From Burkholderiales bacterium (lineage in GTDB: Bacteria; Pseudomonadota; Gammaproteobacteria; Burkholderiales; Eutrophovitaceae): a stretch of 64,000 bases of DNA. Under the pieces are notes generated by a model. It made no database searches and was not told the origin of the DNA. It saw nothing but the letters and a program-made list of their open reading frames with translations. Each line of letters starts with the position of its first letter. The first letter of the stretch is position 1. Position numbers and translations under genes: made by a program. The DNA is taken from the NCBI GenBank assembly GCA_035528435.1, contig DATKYN010000007.1:2694-66693 (forward strand). The letters run 5' to 3'. This document shows, one piece after another, positions 38,927-48,461 of this stretch.

Positions 38927-39595
38927 ATGACAACCATTGAAGTGAATGCATTGTCCAGGTCTGTGCAAGGTACGGGTGCGAGCCGCCGCCTGCGCAGGGC
39001 TGGCAAAGTGCCGGCGATCGTTTACGGAGCCGATGAACCGGCTCAGGTCATTGAGCTGGACCATAAGGCGATCAAGTTGCAACTGCGCGAAGAGGCGTTC
39101 CACGCCTCGATTCTGACGGTGAACGTTGATGGCAAGAAGCAGAACGTGTTGCTGCGGGATGTGCAGATGCACCCGTGGAAGCAGGAAGTGCTGCATGTTG
39201 ACTTCCAGCGCGTCGATGCGAAGCAGAGGATTCACATGCGCGTTCCCTTGCACTTTGTGAATGAAGACGTTGGGCCAGGGGTCAAGCTTGGTAGTGGCGT
39301 TGTCAATCATGTGATGACCGACGTTGAGGTTAATTGCCTGCCTGGTGACCTGCCTGAATTCATCGAAGTTGATCTGGGTGCGCTCGAACTTGGCGATGCG
39401 ATTCACCTGTCGGAGTTGAAGCTGCCAGGCGGTGTCGAGTCGATACAATTAAGCCGTGGCGATGATTCTGTCGTTGTTTCGGTGCAGGTGCCGAGGGTCG
39501 CAGTCGAGACAGAAGCGGCGGCTGAAGGCGAAGCGGCGGCTGAAGGCGAAGAGGCGGTAACCCCGGCGGAACCCACTGCCGAGGAGGAGAAGTAA
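38927..39595 (+). CDS. rplY: 50S ribosomal protein L25 / general stress protein Ctc form
   Basis: N-terminus …RSVQGTGASRRLRRAGKVPAIVYG…. It is the long Ctc-type with an acidic Ala/Glu-rich C-terminal tail. Confidence 0.93.
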   Translation: MTTIEVNALSRSVQGTGASRRLRRAGKVPAIVYGADEPAQVIELDHKAIKLQLREEAFHASILTVNVDGKKQNVLLRDVQMHPWKQEVLHVDFQRVDAKQRIHMRVPLHFVNEDVGPGVKLGSGVVNHVMTDVEVNCLPGDLPEFIEVDLGALELGDAIHLSELKLPGGVESIQLSRGDDSVVVSVQVPRVAVETEAAAEGEAAAEGEEAVTPAEPTAEEEK

Positions 39596-39619
39596 CAAGC
39601 CTGCGCGTTTCGGACTGTA

Positions 39620-39650
39620 ACGGCCGGCATAATGCCGGCCGTTCGTTTTT
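39620..39650 (+). terminator. Rho-independent terminator after rplY
   Basis: CGGCCGGCA-TAA-TGCCGGCCG hairpin followed by TTCGTTTTT. Confidence 0.65.
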
Positions 39651-39675
39651 GCTTCAGCATTGACGGTGTGGATGC

Positions 39676-40242
39676 ATGAGACTTGTGGTTGGCCTGGGTA
39701 ATCCCGGGCGTCAATACGAAGCGACGCGGCACAATGCGGGCTTCTGGTGGTTGGACTCCATCGCTGACGAGTATGGCGTGAGTCTGTCGGCTGAGTCCCG
39801 TTTCCACGGAGACGTTGGCAGGCTCCGGCAAAGTGATGTCGATTGCTGGTTGCTGAAGCCGATGACCTTCATGAACGAGAGCGGTCGCGCTGTCAGGGCA
39901 TTGTGCGACTTCTACAAGCTCGCGGTTTCAGACATGCTGGTTGTCCATGACGAGCTGGATCTTGCGCCGGGCGTCGTAAAGCTGAAGAAGGGCGGCGGAG
40001 TCGCCGGTCATAATGGCCTGCGCGATATCGCGGCCCACATGGGAAAGGACTTCTGGCGCCTGCGTATTGGCGTTGGCCGTCCTGCCGATCGTGCGCAGGT
40101 GTCAAATTATGTCTTGTCGCCGCCGCGCAAGGAAGAAGCCGAATTGATCACGCAGTCGCTGGAACGCAGTCTCACCATCTGGCCGCAACTCATGGCCAGT
40201 GAATTCGAAACTGCGATGCTCAAACTGCATACGCGCGACTAG
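39676..40242 (+). CDS. pth: Peptidyl-tRNA hydrolase
   Basis: N-terminus [23 protein letters not shown] and …HNGLRDI…. Confidence 0.96.
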   Translation: MRLVVGLGNPGRQYEATRHNAGFWWLDSIADEYGVSLSAESRFHGDVGRLRQSDVDCWLLKPMTFMNESGRAVRALCDFYKLAVSDMLVVHDELDLAPGVVKLKKGGGVAGHNGLRDIAAHMGKDFWRLRIGVGRPADRAQVSNYVLSPPRKEEAELITQSLERSLTIWPQLMASEFETAMLKLHTRD

Positions 40243-40263
40243 CTTCCGGTTATCCCGGAACGA

Positions 40264-40292
40264 GCCGGCCGGATTCGGCCGGCATCTTATCT
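40264..40292 (+). terminator. Possible weak terminator/attenuator hairpin between pth and ychF
   Basis: GCCGGCCG-GATT-CGGCCGGC (8-bp GC stem) followed by ATCTTATCT. The T-tract is poor, so function is uncertain. Confidence 0.3.
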
Positions 40293-40313
40293 CCCCATTG
40301 GAAATGGCATGAC

Positions 40314-41402
40314 ATGAAATGTGGAATCGTAGGTTTGCCCAATGTTGGTAAGTCAACCTTGTTCAACGCGTTGACCAAAGCTGCCATCGCTGCTGACAAC
40401 TATCCTTTTTGTACGATTGAACCAAATGTCGGCATAGTCGAGGTGCCGGACCCGCGTCTGTCGTCTCTTACCGTTTTGGTGAAACCGCAGAAAACGATTC
40501 CGGCGATTGTCGAGTTTGTCGATATTGCGGGCCTGGTGGCGGGCGCCTCAAAGGGCGAAGGGCTGGGCAACCAGTTTCTAGCCAACATCCGGGAAACCGA
40601 TGCCATCGCACACGTCGTCAGATGTTTTTCGGACGATAACGTGGTGCATGTCAGTGGCAAGGTCAATCCGGTTTCGGATATCGAAGTGATCAACACGGAA
40701 CTTGCACTTGCCGACCTGGCGACGGTAGAGAAGCAACTCGCTCGATATGTCAAGCAGGCGCGTGCAGGGGGAGACAAAGACGCACAGCGCATGGTCGCCG
40801 TACTTGAAAAGGTCGAGGCAGCCCTCAACGAAGGCCGGCCAGCCCGCACTGTCGAACTGGCAAAAGAGGAACTCGATGTCGTCCGGCCATTGTTTCTGCT
40901 GACGATGAAACCGACCATGTATGTCGCCAATGTCAGCGAGAACGGTTTTTCCGATAATCCATTGCTTGATGCGGTTGCCGGGCTTGGTGCTGCCGAAGGT
41001 GCTCCGGTCGTGGCGATTTGCGCGGCACTTGAGGCGCAGATTTTCGACATGAGCGAAGAAGACAAGAAACTGTTTCTCGCCGACATGGGGCTGGACGAGC
41101 CCGGCCTTGATCGCCTGATACGGGCAGCCTATGACCTGCTGGGTTTACAGACCTATTTCACCGCCGGCGAAAAAGAGGTGCGGGCCTGGACAATACGCAA
41201 GGGCGACACTGCGCCGCAGGCGGCCGGGGTGATACACACCGACTTTGAAAAAGGATTCATACGGGCTGAAGTCATTGGCTATCAGGATTACGTCTCCCTG
41301 GGCGGCGAGGCGGCGGCCAGGGAGGCAGGTAAAATGCGCCTTGAAGGCAAGGAGTACGTCGTGCACGACGGTGATGTGGTGCACTTTCGCTTCAACGTCT
41401 AG
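40314..41402 (+). CDS. ychF: Redox-regulated ribosome-binding ATPase YchF
   Basis: [21 protein letters not shown] (G1 motif) and a C-terminal …HFRFNV, 362 aa. Confidence 0.96.
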   Translation: MKCGIVGLPNVGKSTLFNALTKAAIAADNYPFCTIEPNVGIVEVPDPRLSSLTVLVKPQKTIPAIVEFVDIAGLVAGASKGEGLGNQFLANIRETDAIAHVVRCFSDDNVVHVSGKVNPVSDIEVINTELALADLATVEKQLARYVKQARAGGDKDAQRMVAVLEKVEAALNEGRPARTVELAKEELDVVRPLFLLTMKPTMYVANVSENGFSDNPLLDAVAGLGAAEGAPVVAICAALEAQIFDMSEEDKKLFLADMGLDEPGLDRLIRAAYDLLGLQTYFTAGEKEVRAWTIRKGDTAPQAAGVIHTDFEKGFIRAEVIGYQDYVSLGGEAAAREAGKMRLEGKEYVVHDGDVVHFRFNV

Positions 41403-41736
41403 AGGCGTGCCCTGGCCTCTGGGTGGAGGCTGCACAGCACCATGTGCACCGCTGCAGGTGATTGCTTTCATGGGAGAATAGGGCCGAAATTGCCTGTGCT
41501 AGACTTCGCCGATTGAATGCGGGACGAGCTGTGGTCCCCGACCGGGCCGCTCCAGCAGCACCGAATGCGCGAAGGGCGTTGGGGTCAACGGGTGGCTCAC
41601 CAAACATGACAGATGAGCACGCGGATGTTGACCGGGCCTGTCTTCCGGGCGCCAAATTTTTTTCCGGCGCCCATCGATCGCGAACTTGATCGTCCGCCGG
41701 ATTCATGAACTCCTTGTACAACTTTCGGACAGCGAT

Positions 41737-42465
41737 ATGGCGGGTCACAGCAAGTGGGCAAACATCAAGCATCGCAAGGCGGCGGCCGATGCGAAGCGTG
41801 GAAAAGTCTTCACGCGGCTAATCAAGGAAATTACGGTCGCTTCACGGTTGGGCGGACCTGACGTCGGGGCCAACCCGCGCCTGCGACTGGCCGTAGACAA
41901 GGCGCTCGACAGCAATATGCCCAAGGACACGATCGAGCGCGCCGTCAAGAAAGGCTCCGGAGACCTCGAGGGCGTAAGTTACGAGGAAATCCGCTACGAG
42001 GGTTATGGTATTGGCGGTGCGGCGGTCATGGTTGACTGCATGACGGACAACCGCACGCGGACCGTCGCCGACGTCCGGCACGTGTTCTCCAAACATGGTG
42101 GCAATCTGGGCACCGATGGATCGGTGGCCTTCTTGTTCCGGCATTGTGGTCAACTGGTGTTTGCGCCGGGAACCGACGAAGAAGTGGTGATGGAGGCTGC
42201 GCTCGAAGCCGGCGCCGAGGATATTCTTACCAACGATGATGGCTCTGTTGAAGTCATCACCGAGCCCGGCAGTTTTCCCGGCGTAAAGGAAGCACTTGAA
42301 GGCGCCAGACTTAAGGCCGAATATGCAGAGGTCACTTACAAGCCGGCGACCGAGAATGTGCTCGAAGGCGAGGACGCCGGCCGGATGCAAAAACTTCTGG
42401 ATGCCCTGGAGGCACTGGATGATGTGCAAGAGGTCTACACGACCGCGGTCCTCGATACCGATTAA
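41737..42465 (+). CDS. yebC: YebC/PmpR family DNA-binding transcriptional regulator
   Basis: N-terminus [23 protein letters not shown], which is diagnostic for the family. ATG 41737 chosen. Confidence 0.95.
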   Translation: MAGHSKWANIKHRKAAADAKRGKVFTRLIKEITVASRLGGPDVGANPRLRLAVDKALDSNMPKDTIERAVKKGSGDLEGVSYEEIRYEGYGIGGAAVMVDCMTDNRTRTVADVRHVFSKHGGNLGTDGSVAFLFRHCGQLVFAPGTDEEVVMEAALEAGAEDILTNDDGSVEVITEPGSFPGVKEALEGARLKAEYAEVTYKPATENVLEGEDAGRMQKLLDALEALDDVQEVYTTAVLDTD

Positions 42466-42518
42466 GGGCTTGTTTGCCCTTTGCGTGGTGTTTGACGAGT
42501 TTGCGGCCCGGGGTCGGA

Positions 42519-43037
42519 ATGCGAATTCTGGGTATTGACCCCGGCTTGCGGGTGACTGGATTTGGGCTCATTGAAAAATCCGGGAGGCAGCTCTCTTATG
42601 TCACCAGTGGTCGCATTCGTACACCTGATGCGCAACTGCCGGAGCGTATTAAAACGATTCTTGAGGGACTGACCGAGGTTATTGAGCAGGGGGCGCCTGA
42701 TCAGGTAGCCATCGAAAAGGTATTCGTGAACGTTAACCCACAATCGACTTTGCTATTGGGTCAGGCCCGTGGTGCGGCAATTTGTGCCGCCGTCGCCAGG
42801 CACTTGCCGGTTGCCGAGTACACCGCGTTGCAGATCAAACAGGCGGTGGTTGGAAACGGGCACGCGAAAAAGGAGCAGGTTCAGGAAATGGTGCGGCGAC
42901 TACTATCGTTGCCCGCCGTCCCGGGGGCGGATGCTGCGGATGCGCTGGCTTGCGCTATTTGCCACGCGCACGGTGGCTTGGGGCTGGGTTCATTGGCAAC
43001 TGCAGGGTATCGCATGCGGCAGGGGAGGCTGGTTTGA
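42519..43037 (+). CDS. ruvC: Crossover junction endodeoxyribonuclease RuvC
   Basis: [16 protein letters not shown]…, 172 aa from ATG 42519. Confidence 0.95.
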   Translation: MRILGIDPGLRVTGFGLIEKSGRQLSYVTSGRIRTPDAQLPERIKTILEGLTEVIEQGAPDQVAIEKVFVNVNPQSTLLLGQARGAAICAAVARHLPVAEYTALQIKQAVVGNGHAKKEQVQEMVRRLLSLPAVPGADAADALACAICHAHGGLGLGSLATAGYRMRQGRLV

Positions 43038-43615
43038 TCGGCCGATTGACCGGCGTACTGCTGGAAAAGCAACCCCCAATGATTGTTCTGGAAGTGCAGG
43101 GCGTGGCATACGAGATTGACGTTCCCATGAGCACTCTGTATCAGCTGCCTGCGACGGGTGTGACGACTACTTTGTTTACCCATCTTCTGGTCCGTGAGGA
43201 TGCCCATCTGCTGTACGGTTTTGCTACCGATGAAGAACGCCAGTTGTTTCGTCAGTTGCTGCGGGTGAACGGGGTCGGTGCACGTACTGCACTTGCCATT
43301 CTCTCGGGATTGTCGGTGCATGAACTGAAGCAAGCGGTTGCTGCGCAGGACGCCGGCCGGCTGATCCGGATACCCGGAATCGGCAAGAAGACGGCGGAGC
43401 GTCTGATGCTGGAATTAAAGGACCGATTGTCTGGCGTCGTGGGCGGTGCCGGACAAGACGATACGCCGAGTGTGCGCGATGATGCCCTGCGTGCTCTCCT
43501 GGCGCTTGGATACAGCGAGAAGGAAGGTAGTGCGGCGCTGTCCAAAGTGGCGCCGGAACTTTCCGTATCCGAGTCGATTCGGGAAGCGTTGAAACTCCTG
43601 TCGAAAACAAAGTAG
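43034..43615 (+). CDS. ruvA: Holliday junction branch migration protein RuvA
   Basis: TTG 43034 (overlapping the ruvC TGA, preceded by AGGGGAGG) gives (M)[11 protein letters not shown]…, with HhH motifs (…[12 protein letters not shown]…). The track ORF start at 42782 lies inside ruvC. Confidence 0.92.
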   Translation: MIGRLTGVLLEKQPPMIVLEVQGVAYEIDVPMSTLYQLPATGVTTTLFTHLLVREDAHLLYGFATDEERQLFRQLLRVNGVGARTALAILSGLSVHELKQAVAAQDAGRLIRIPGIGKKTAERLMLELKDRLSGVVGGAGQDDTPSVRDDALRALLALGYSEKEGSAALSKVAPELSVSESIREALKLLSKTK

Positions 43616-43854
43616 CTGGTGCGCCTGCGCAATAATCATCGCGGCGCTAACGATTTCGGGCCACTTTAACAATGCGAACTGACGGCGACCGTGTCGCTAC
43701 GGGACGACAATAAACTGAATCGAACCGTGTTACGGCGCTAAATGCGTGAGATATAATCGGCGCACGTTGATCGGCCACGCGCCGGGTAGAAAAGTAATGG
43801 TGTCGGATGGACGTTTCGCATCTGGCGCACCTGAGCGAAGGGGCAATAGGAAAT

Positions 43855-44625
43855 ATGCGGGTAGATGCTTTGTCTGTGGTTGTTGCATTTTTTGCTGCAA
43901 TGGTTTCCCTGTCAGCCTCCGCTGGCGGCGAGCAGACAACAAGGGTTCAGGAACTGATCGCGCTGCACGATCTCGGTACTTCAGTATCGATTGGTAACTA
44001 CTATCTCAAACAGGAATCACTCGTCTCGATACGTTCTTTTCTGGCGCGCCGTGGTCGCGAGGAAAATCTCGGAAATGGCTGGAACGATTCCAACCCCTTG
44101 TGGCGGCAGGCCGAAGAGTCCCTGCTTGAGCAGATGATGCACAGTGTTGATGTGGAGTTTTCGAACCTCGAATGGCTGCAACCACAATGGGCTGATCTTT
44201 ACGCCGACGCGTTCAGCGAAGAGGAAATCAAGGCACTTGTTGCACATTTCCGGACTGATGCCGGCGCCAAGCAATTACAAATCATCGACCACACGGTATC
44301 CACGCATGTCATGATGACTTTGAGCTTTTCCGGCAAATTCAAGACGCTGTCCGGGATTGAGGATGAACGGGCCAGGATGCAGCAACTGTGGAATGATGAA
44401 GACGAAGCCATGCGATTCTCCGTTCAGGGCGCAGACAACGCCGATGCACAGGCATTTGCGCTGTCGCCGCTGGGAAAGAAGTACTTCACGAAGGTAATCC
44501 TTAATCTGACCGGGATCATCAGCCGGCGAATTGAGCAAGTGGCCACGCAAAGCCCGGCCGCTGTTGCCCGACTTGGGGGTGAGGAACAACCTTTTGTAGA
44601 AAGGTTCAAGCGTGAACCGGTCTGA
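43855..44625 (+). CDS. Secreted DUF2059-like protein inserted between ruvA and ruvB
   Basis: Signal peptide MRVDALSVVVAFFAAMVSLSASA. A segment …YADAFSEEEIKALVAHFRTDAGAK… resembles the DUF2059 signature as I recall it. ATG 43855 has an upstream AAGGGG/TAGGA. Confidence 0.5.
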   Translation: MRVDALSVVVAFFAAMVSLSASAGGEQTTRVQELIALHDLGTSVSIGNYYLKQESLVSIRSFLARRGREENLGNGWNDSNPLWRQAEESLLEQMMHSVDVEFSNLEWLQPQWADLYADAFSEEEIKALVAHFRTDAGAKQLQIIDHTVSTHVMMTLSFSGKFKTLSGIEDERARMQQLWNDEDEAMRFSVQGADNADAQAFALSPLGKKYFTKVILNLTGIISRRIEQVATQSPAAVARLGGEEQPFVERFKREPV

Positions 44626-44661
44626 AGCGAAGTGTTGTTTCGCATTTCTTGAACTGCGGGG

Positions 44662-45702
44662 ATGATCGAAACTGACCGATTGATCGCTCCGGCGCCGCTT
44701 TCTTCCCAGGAAGAGGTGATCGAAAGGGCTCTGCGCCCCCGGTTGCTTGAAGATTACGTCGGTCAGGAACAAATCCGTTCCCAGCTTGCCATATTTATCG
44801 AAGCGGCCCGGCGCCGTGGCGAGGCATTGGACCACGTCCTGTTGTTCGGCCCGCCGGGACTTGGAAAAACCACTCTGGCCCACATTATCGGGCGTGAGAT
44901 GGGAGTCAATGTCCGGCAGACGTCTGGTCCGGTACTGGAGCGACCGGGCGATCTGGCCGCGTTGCTGACCAATCTCGAGCCGAACGATGTTTTGTTTATC
45001 GACGAGATTCATCGTTTGTCACCCGTGGTGGAGGAGATTCTCTATCCGGCGCTTGAGGACTACCAGATCGACATTATGATTGGCGAAGGCCCGGCGGCGC
45101 GATCGGTCAAGCTTGATCTGCCGCCATTTACATTGGTTGGTGCCACCACCCGCGCGGGGATGCTGACCAATCCCTTGCGTGACCGGTTCGGCATAGTGTC
45201 CCGCCTGGAGTTTTACAACGATCAGGATCTGAGAAAGATCGTGCAACGATCTGCCGGGTTGCTCGAGGTAGAGGTCGACGGCGAGGGTGCAACAGAGATC
45301 GCGTCGCGTTCGCGCGGCACGCCGCGCGTGGCTAACCGCCTTCTGCGGCGCGTGCGTGATTATGCTGAGGTCAAGGCGAGTGGCGTGGTGGATCGCGAGA
45401 CCGCGGATGCAGCGCTCGCCATGCTCGAGGTCGACACGCTCGGTCTGGATGTAATGGATCGCAAGCTTTTGCTTGCCATCATGGAAAAATTCAACGGCGG
45501 CCCGGTTGGGCTCGATAATCTTGCGGCAGCCATCGGTGAGGCGCGCGACACGATCGAGGACGTGTTGGAACCCTATCTGATTCAACAGGGCTATCTGCAG
45601 CGCACACCGCGCGGTCGAATTGCCACGCCAGCCACCTATCGTCATTTTGGCCTTGCCGCGCCCAATGCCAGCGGCGGCGGTGAACTGTGGCGGGAGAGCT
45701 GA
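44662..45702 (+). CDS. ruvB: Holliday junction DNA helicase RuvB
   Basis: Walker [10 protein letters not shown], Walker B LFIDEIH and a typical RuvB length (346 aa). Confidence 0.97.
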   Translation: MIETDRLIAPAPLSSQEEVIERALRPRLLEDYVGQEQIRSQLAIFIEAARRRGEALDHVLLFGPPGLGKTTLAHIIGREMGVNVRQTSGPVLERPGDLAALLTNLEPNDVLFIDEIHRLSPVVEEILYPALEDYQIDIMIGEGPAARSVKLDLPPFTLVGATTRAGMLTNPLRDRFGIVSRLEFYNDQDLRKIVQRSAGLLEVEVDGEGATEIASRSRGTPRVANRLLRRVRDYAEVKASGVVDRETADAALAMLEVDTLGLDVMDRKLLLAIMEKFNGGPVGLDNLAAAIGEARDTIEDVLEPYLIQQGYLQRTPRGRIATPATYRHFGLAAPNASGGGELWRES

Positions 45703-46135
45703 TATTACGTTCTCGACAGCCATCCGCGTGTATTTTCAGGATACCGATGCCGGCAACGTCGTATATCACGGTGCCTACCTTGACTTTTTTGAGCGCGCGC
45801 GAACAGAGTGGCTGCGCCACATAGGATTTGAGCAACCGCAACTGATAGAGCGCTTCGGTGCGATGTTCATCGTGCGAAGTCTGGATATGAAATTTCTGCG
45901 GCCTGCGAGGCTCGACGACCTCGTCGAAGTCAGTGTCGAAGTGTCTCGAATGGGGCGCGCGCAGGTCACCCTGGCGCAGGAGGTGACGAGCAATAATGCG
46001 GTGCTGGTTCGTGCGAACGTTAATCTCGCGTGCGTATCGATCGATGCGTTTCGCCCACGGCCTTTGCCCGAAGAAATTGGTACGGCCTTTTCGAGGGCCG
46101 CAGGTACGACAACAAACAAGAGGAATGCAAAGTAA
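45680..46135 (+). CDS. ybgC: Tol-Pal-associated acyl-CoA thioesterase YbgC
   Basis: Hotdog-fold motif …[28 protein letters not shown]…. GTG 45680 is the nearest upstream start (23-nt overlap with ruvB), and its TAA overlaps the tolQ ATG. Confidence 0.85.
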   Translation: MNCGGRADITFSTAIRVYFQDTDAGNVVYHGAYLDFFERARTEWLRHIGFEQPQLIERFGAMFIVRSLDMKFLRPARLDDLVEVSVEVSRMGRAQVTLAQEVTSNNAVLVRANVNLACVSIDAFRPRPLPEEIGTAFSRAAGTTTNKRNAK

Positions 46136-46857
46136 TGAGCGTTAGCGAAGATCTGTCACTACTGTCTTTGATCTCCAACGCCAGTGTGCTGGTTCAACTG
46201 GTCATGTTAATGCTGCTGGGCATGTCTCTGGTGTCCTGGTGGTTCATTTTTCGCAAGATGTTTGTGGTACGGGATGCCTTGCGGCGTGCTGATGAATTCG
46301 AGCGCAGTTTCTGGAGCGGGGCCGATTTGGCCACGCTGTATCAGGCTACGGTGTCAAACCGTAACGAGGCCGGCAGTCTGGAGCGCATCTTCGAATCGGG
46401 GTTTCGTGAATTCGTGAAGTTGCGAAAGCAAACCGGGGTCAATCTGCCGGTGCTCATGGATGGCACGCGGCGGGCAATGCGAGCAACCTATCAACGCGAG
46501 CTCGATTATCTTGAAGCGCATTTGTCGTATTTGGCAACCGTTGGTTCCGTCAGTCCTTATATCGGTTTGTTCGGGACGGTGTGGGGCATCATGAACGCGT
46601 TTCGCGGTCTGGCGAACGTCGGGCAGGCCACCCTGGCACAAGTGGCGCCTGGCATCGCTGAAGCGCTGGTTGCGACGGCGATGGGCTTGTTCGCCGCCAT
46701 TCCCGCCGTTGTTGCTTTCAATCACTATGTTCGTCACATCGAGAAGCTTTCGACGCGGTATGACAGCTTTATGGAAGAGTTCTCAAACATTCTCCAGCGT
46801 CAGGTGAATTTCCCGCCCGCACCGCAGGCACCGGACGTTGCCAAAGGAGACGACTGA
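46135..46857 (+). CDS. tolQ: Tol-Pal system protein TolQ
   Basis: MotA/TolQ/ExbB family, 3 TM, …PYIGLFGTVWGIMNAF…. ATG 46135 lies in a TAATG overlap. Confidence 0.95.
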   Translation: MSVSEDLSLLSLISNASVLVQLVMLMLLGMSLVSWWFIFRKMFVVRDALRRADEFERSFWSGADLATLYQATVSNRNEAGSLERIFESGFREFVKLRKQTGVNLPVLMDGTRRAMRATYQRELDYLEAHLSYLATVGSVSPYIGLFGTVWGIMNAFRGLANVGQATLAQVAPGIAEALVATAMGLFAAIPAVVAFNHYVRHIEKLSTRYDSFMEEFSNILQRQVNFPPAPQAPDVAKGDD

Positions 46858-46858
46858 G

Positions 46859-47275
46859 ATGACAACGCGCCGACAGCGCCGGCTCATGAACCAGATTAAC
46901 GTCGTGCCGTACATTGACGTGATGCTGGTACTGCTGGTCATCTTCATGGTCACGGCGCCGTTACTCAACCCGGGTGTCGTCGAACTGCCCTCGATCGGCA
47001 AGTCCTCCCGGCCACCAGTACAGCCGTTGGAAGTAACAATTCGCGCCAACGGCAACCTGTCTTATGTAGACCGGCAGGCCTCGTCTGCGTCACGTGCTGT
47101 TTCCTCCCAGGAGCTTGTTGATGTCATCCAGTCCAAGCAGGAGAAGAATCCGGAGCAGCCGGTACTGATTTCTGCGGACAAGAGCGTTCGGTATGAGAAA
47201 GTCATGGAAGTGATGGATCTGTTGCAAAAGCTCCAGGTGCAGCGGGTCGGTCTGATGGCAGTTCCGAAAGGCTGA
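46859..47275 (+). CDS. tolR: Tol-Pal system protein TolR
   Basis: …MNQINVVPYIDVMLVLLVIFMV… (ExbD/TolR family with the conserved Asp). RBS AAGGAGA lies upstream of ATG 46859. Confidence 0.95.
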   Translation: MTTRRQRRLMNQINVVPYIDVMLVLLVIFMVTAPLLNPGVVELPSIGKSSRPPVQPLEVTIRANGNLSYVDRQASSASRAVSSQELVDVIQSKQEKNPEQPVLISADKSVRYEKVMEVMDLLQKLQVQRVGLMAVPKG

Positions 47276-48456
47276 TGCAAAGGGTTCCTGAGCCAGGAAG
47301 AACCGCTTCGGTTCTATTGGCAACCTTTATCCACGTGGTTTTTTTTGGCCTGCTTTTCTTTGGCGTCAGTTGGCAGAAGGAGCAGGCTGACCCGGTATTC
47401 GTAGAGTACTGGGAAGAGCCCCCGGTTGTGGAGGCCAAGCCCAAACCCAAGCCGAAACCAAAGGTAGAACCAAAGGCGAAACCAAAGGCGAAACCAAAGG
47501 CAGAACCCAAACCGGAACCGGTCAAGCCTGAGCCGGTTCCCGAGTCGCCGAAGCAGACGCTGCCTGAACCGAAGCCGGTTCCAACGCAAGCGGCAGTCGA
47601 GCCACCCAGACCGGCACCCAAACCCGCCCCGGCCCCGGCCAAGGCAGAACCACCGAAGCCGAGTCAGGCGGAGATCGAACTGCGGGAAAAGGAGCGAAAG
47701 CAGCAGGAAGCAGAGCTGGAACGGCAGGCGGAGCTGAAGCGAGCCGAGGAGGAAAAGAGACAGCTGGCAGAAGAGAAGCGCCTGTTGGAGGAGGAAAAGC
47801 GCAAACAGGAAGAAGCCGAGCGGCGTCGGCTCGAAGAGGAGAAACGGAAAAAAGAAGAGGAAGAGCGACGCCGGCTGGAAGAAGAGAAGCGCAAACAAGA
47901 GGAAGCCGAGCGACGACGGCTCGCGGAAGAAGAACGCAAGCGTGTCGAAGAGGTGCAGCGCGTAGAGCAGCTGCGCCTTGAGGAGGCGCAAAGGCGTGCC
48001 GAGCAGGAGCGGCTCCAGCTAGAGCGCGAAGCGGCTGAGAGGCGAAAACGCGAAGAGGAGCAGGCACGGCAGCAGGAGTTGGCGCGGCAAGAGCAGCTCA
48101 GGCGCGAACGCGCCGCAGAGGAACGCGCTGCAAAGGAACGTGCCGCGGCAGCGGCCCGTGCGGCCCATCAAGCCTTGGTGGACGATTTCAAGGCGAGAAT
48201 CAGTGCCAAGGTGCGTACACGCGTGGTAATGCCACCAAATATTTCGGGTAACCCCGAGGCGGTTTACGAAGTGATATTGTTGCCGGGTGGTGATGTCCTC
48301 CGGGCAACATTGAAAAAGTCCAGCGGCGTGCCGGCTTACGATACTGCGGTGGCGAGAGCCATCAATGCGGCTGCGCCGCTTCCAGTGCCGGAAGATCCGA
48401 AGCTGTTCCAACAGTATTTCAGAAAGTTCAATCTGTCTTTCCGACCCAAAGAGTAA
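47275..48456 (+). CDS. tolA: Cell envelope integrity protein TolA
   Basis: N-terminal TM, a Lys/Pro-rich then Glu/Lys/Arg-rich helical domain II, and a C-terminal TolA III-like domain. It sits in the tolQRAB order. Confidence 0.92.
   Translation: MQRVPEPGRTASVLLATFIHVVFFGLLFFGVSWQKEQADPVFVEYWEEPPVVEAKPKPKPKPKVEPKAKPKAKPKAEPKPEPVKPEPVPESPKQTLPEPKPVPTQAAVEPPRPAPKPAPAPAKAEPPKPSQAEIELREKERKQQEAELERQAELKRAEEEKRQLAEEKRLLEEEKRKQEEAERRRLEEEKRKKEEEERRRLEEEKRKQEEAERRRLAEEERKRVEEVQRVEQLRLEEAQRRAEQERLQLEREAAERRKREEEQARQQELARQEQLRRERAAEERAAKERAAAAARAAHQALVDDFKARISAKVRTRVVMPPNISGNPEAVYEVILLPGGDVLRATLKKSSGVPAYDTAVARAINAAAPLPVPEDPKLFQQYFRKFNLSFRPKE
47785..47952 (+). repeat. In-frame 45-nt (15-aa) tandem repeat inside tolA, 3 full units plus 1 partial
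   Basis: Units at 47785-47829, 47830-47874 and 47875-47919 encode LEEEKRKQEEAERRR / LEEEKRKKEEEERRR / LEEEKRKQEEAERRR, followed by a partial LAEEERKRVEE. A separate KPKA-type 12-nt reiteration lies at about 47461-47510. Confidence 0.9.
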
Positions 48457-48461
48457 ATGCG

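Noticed and set aside
38597-39448. 283-aa minus-strand ORF spanning the prs end and rplY
   Set aside because: It overlaps two confidently identified plus-strand genes and their intergenic terminator-free gap, and it has no motifs.
41392-41772. 126-aa minus-strand ORF in the ychF-yebC gap
   Set aside because: It overlaps both the ychF stop and the yebC start, has no RBS and has an Ala/Arg/Pro-rich composition. The gap is retained only as an unexplained intergenic region (see findings).
44275-45723. 245-aa and 234-aa minus-strand ORFs over the DUF2059 gene and ruvB
   Set aside because: They are antisense to ruvB, which has its Walker motifs on the plus strand, and are judged spurious.
47314-48067. 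225-aa and 181-aa minus-strand ORFs in tolA
   Set aside because: They are generated by the repetitive GAA/GAG/AAG-rich tolA sequence, which has no stops on the opposite strand. Their Leu/Phe/Arg repeats mirror the TolA repeats.
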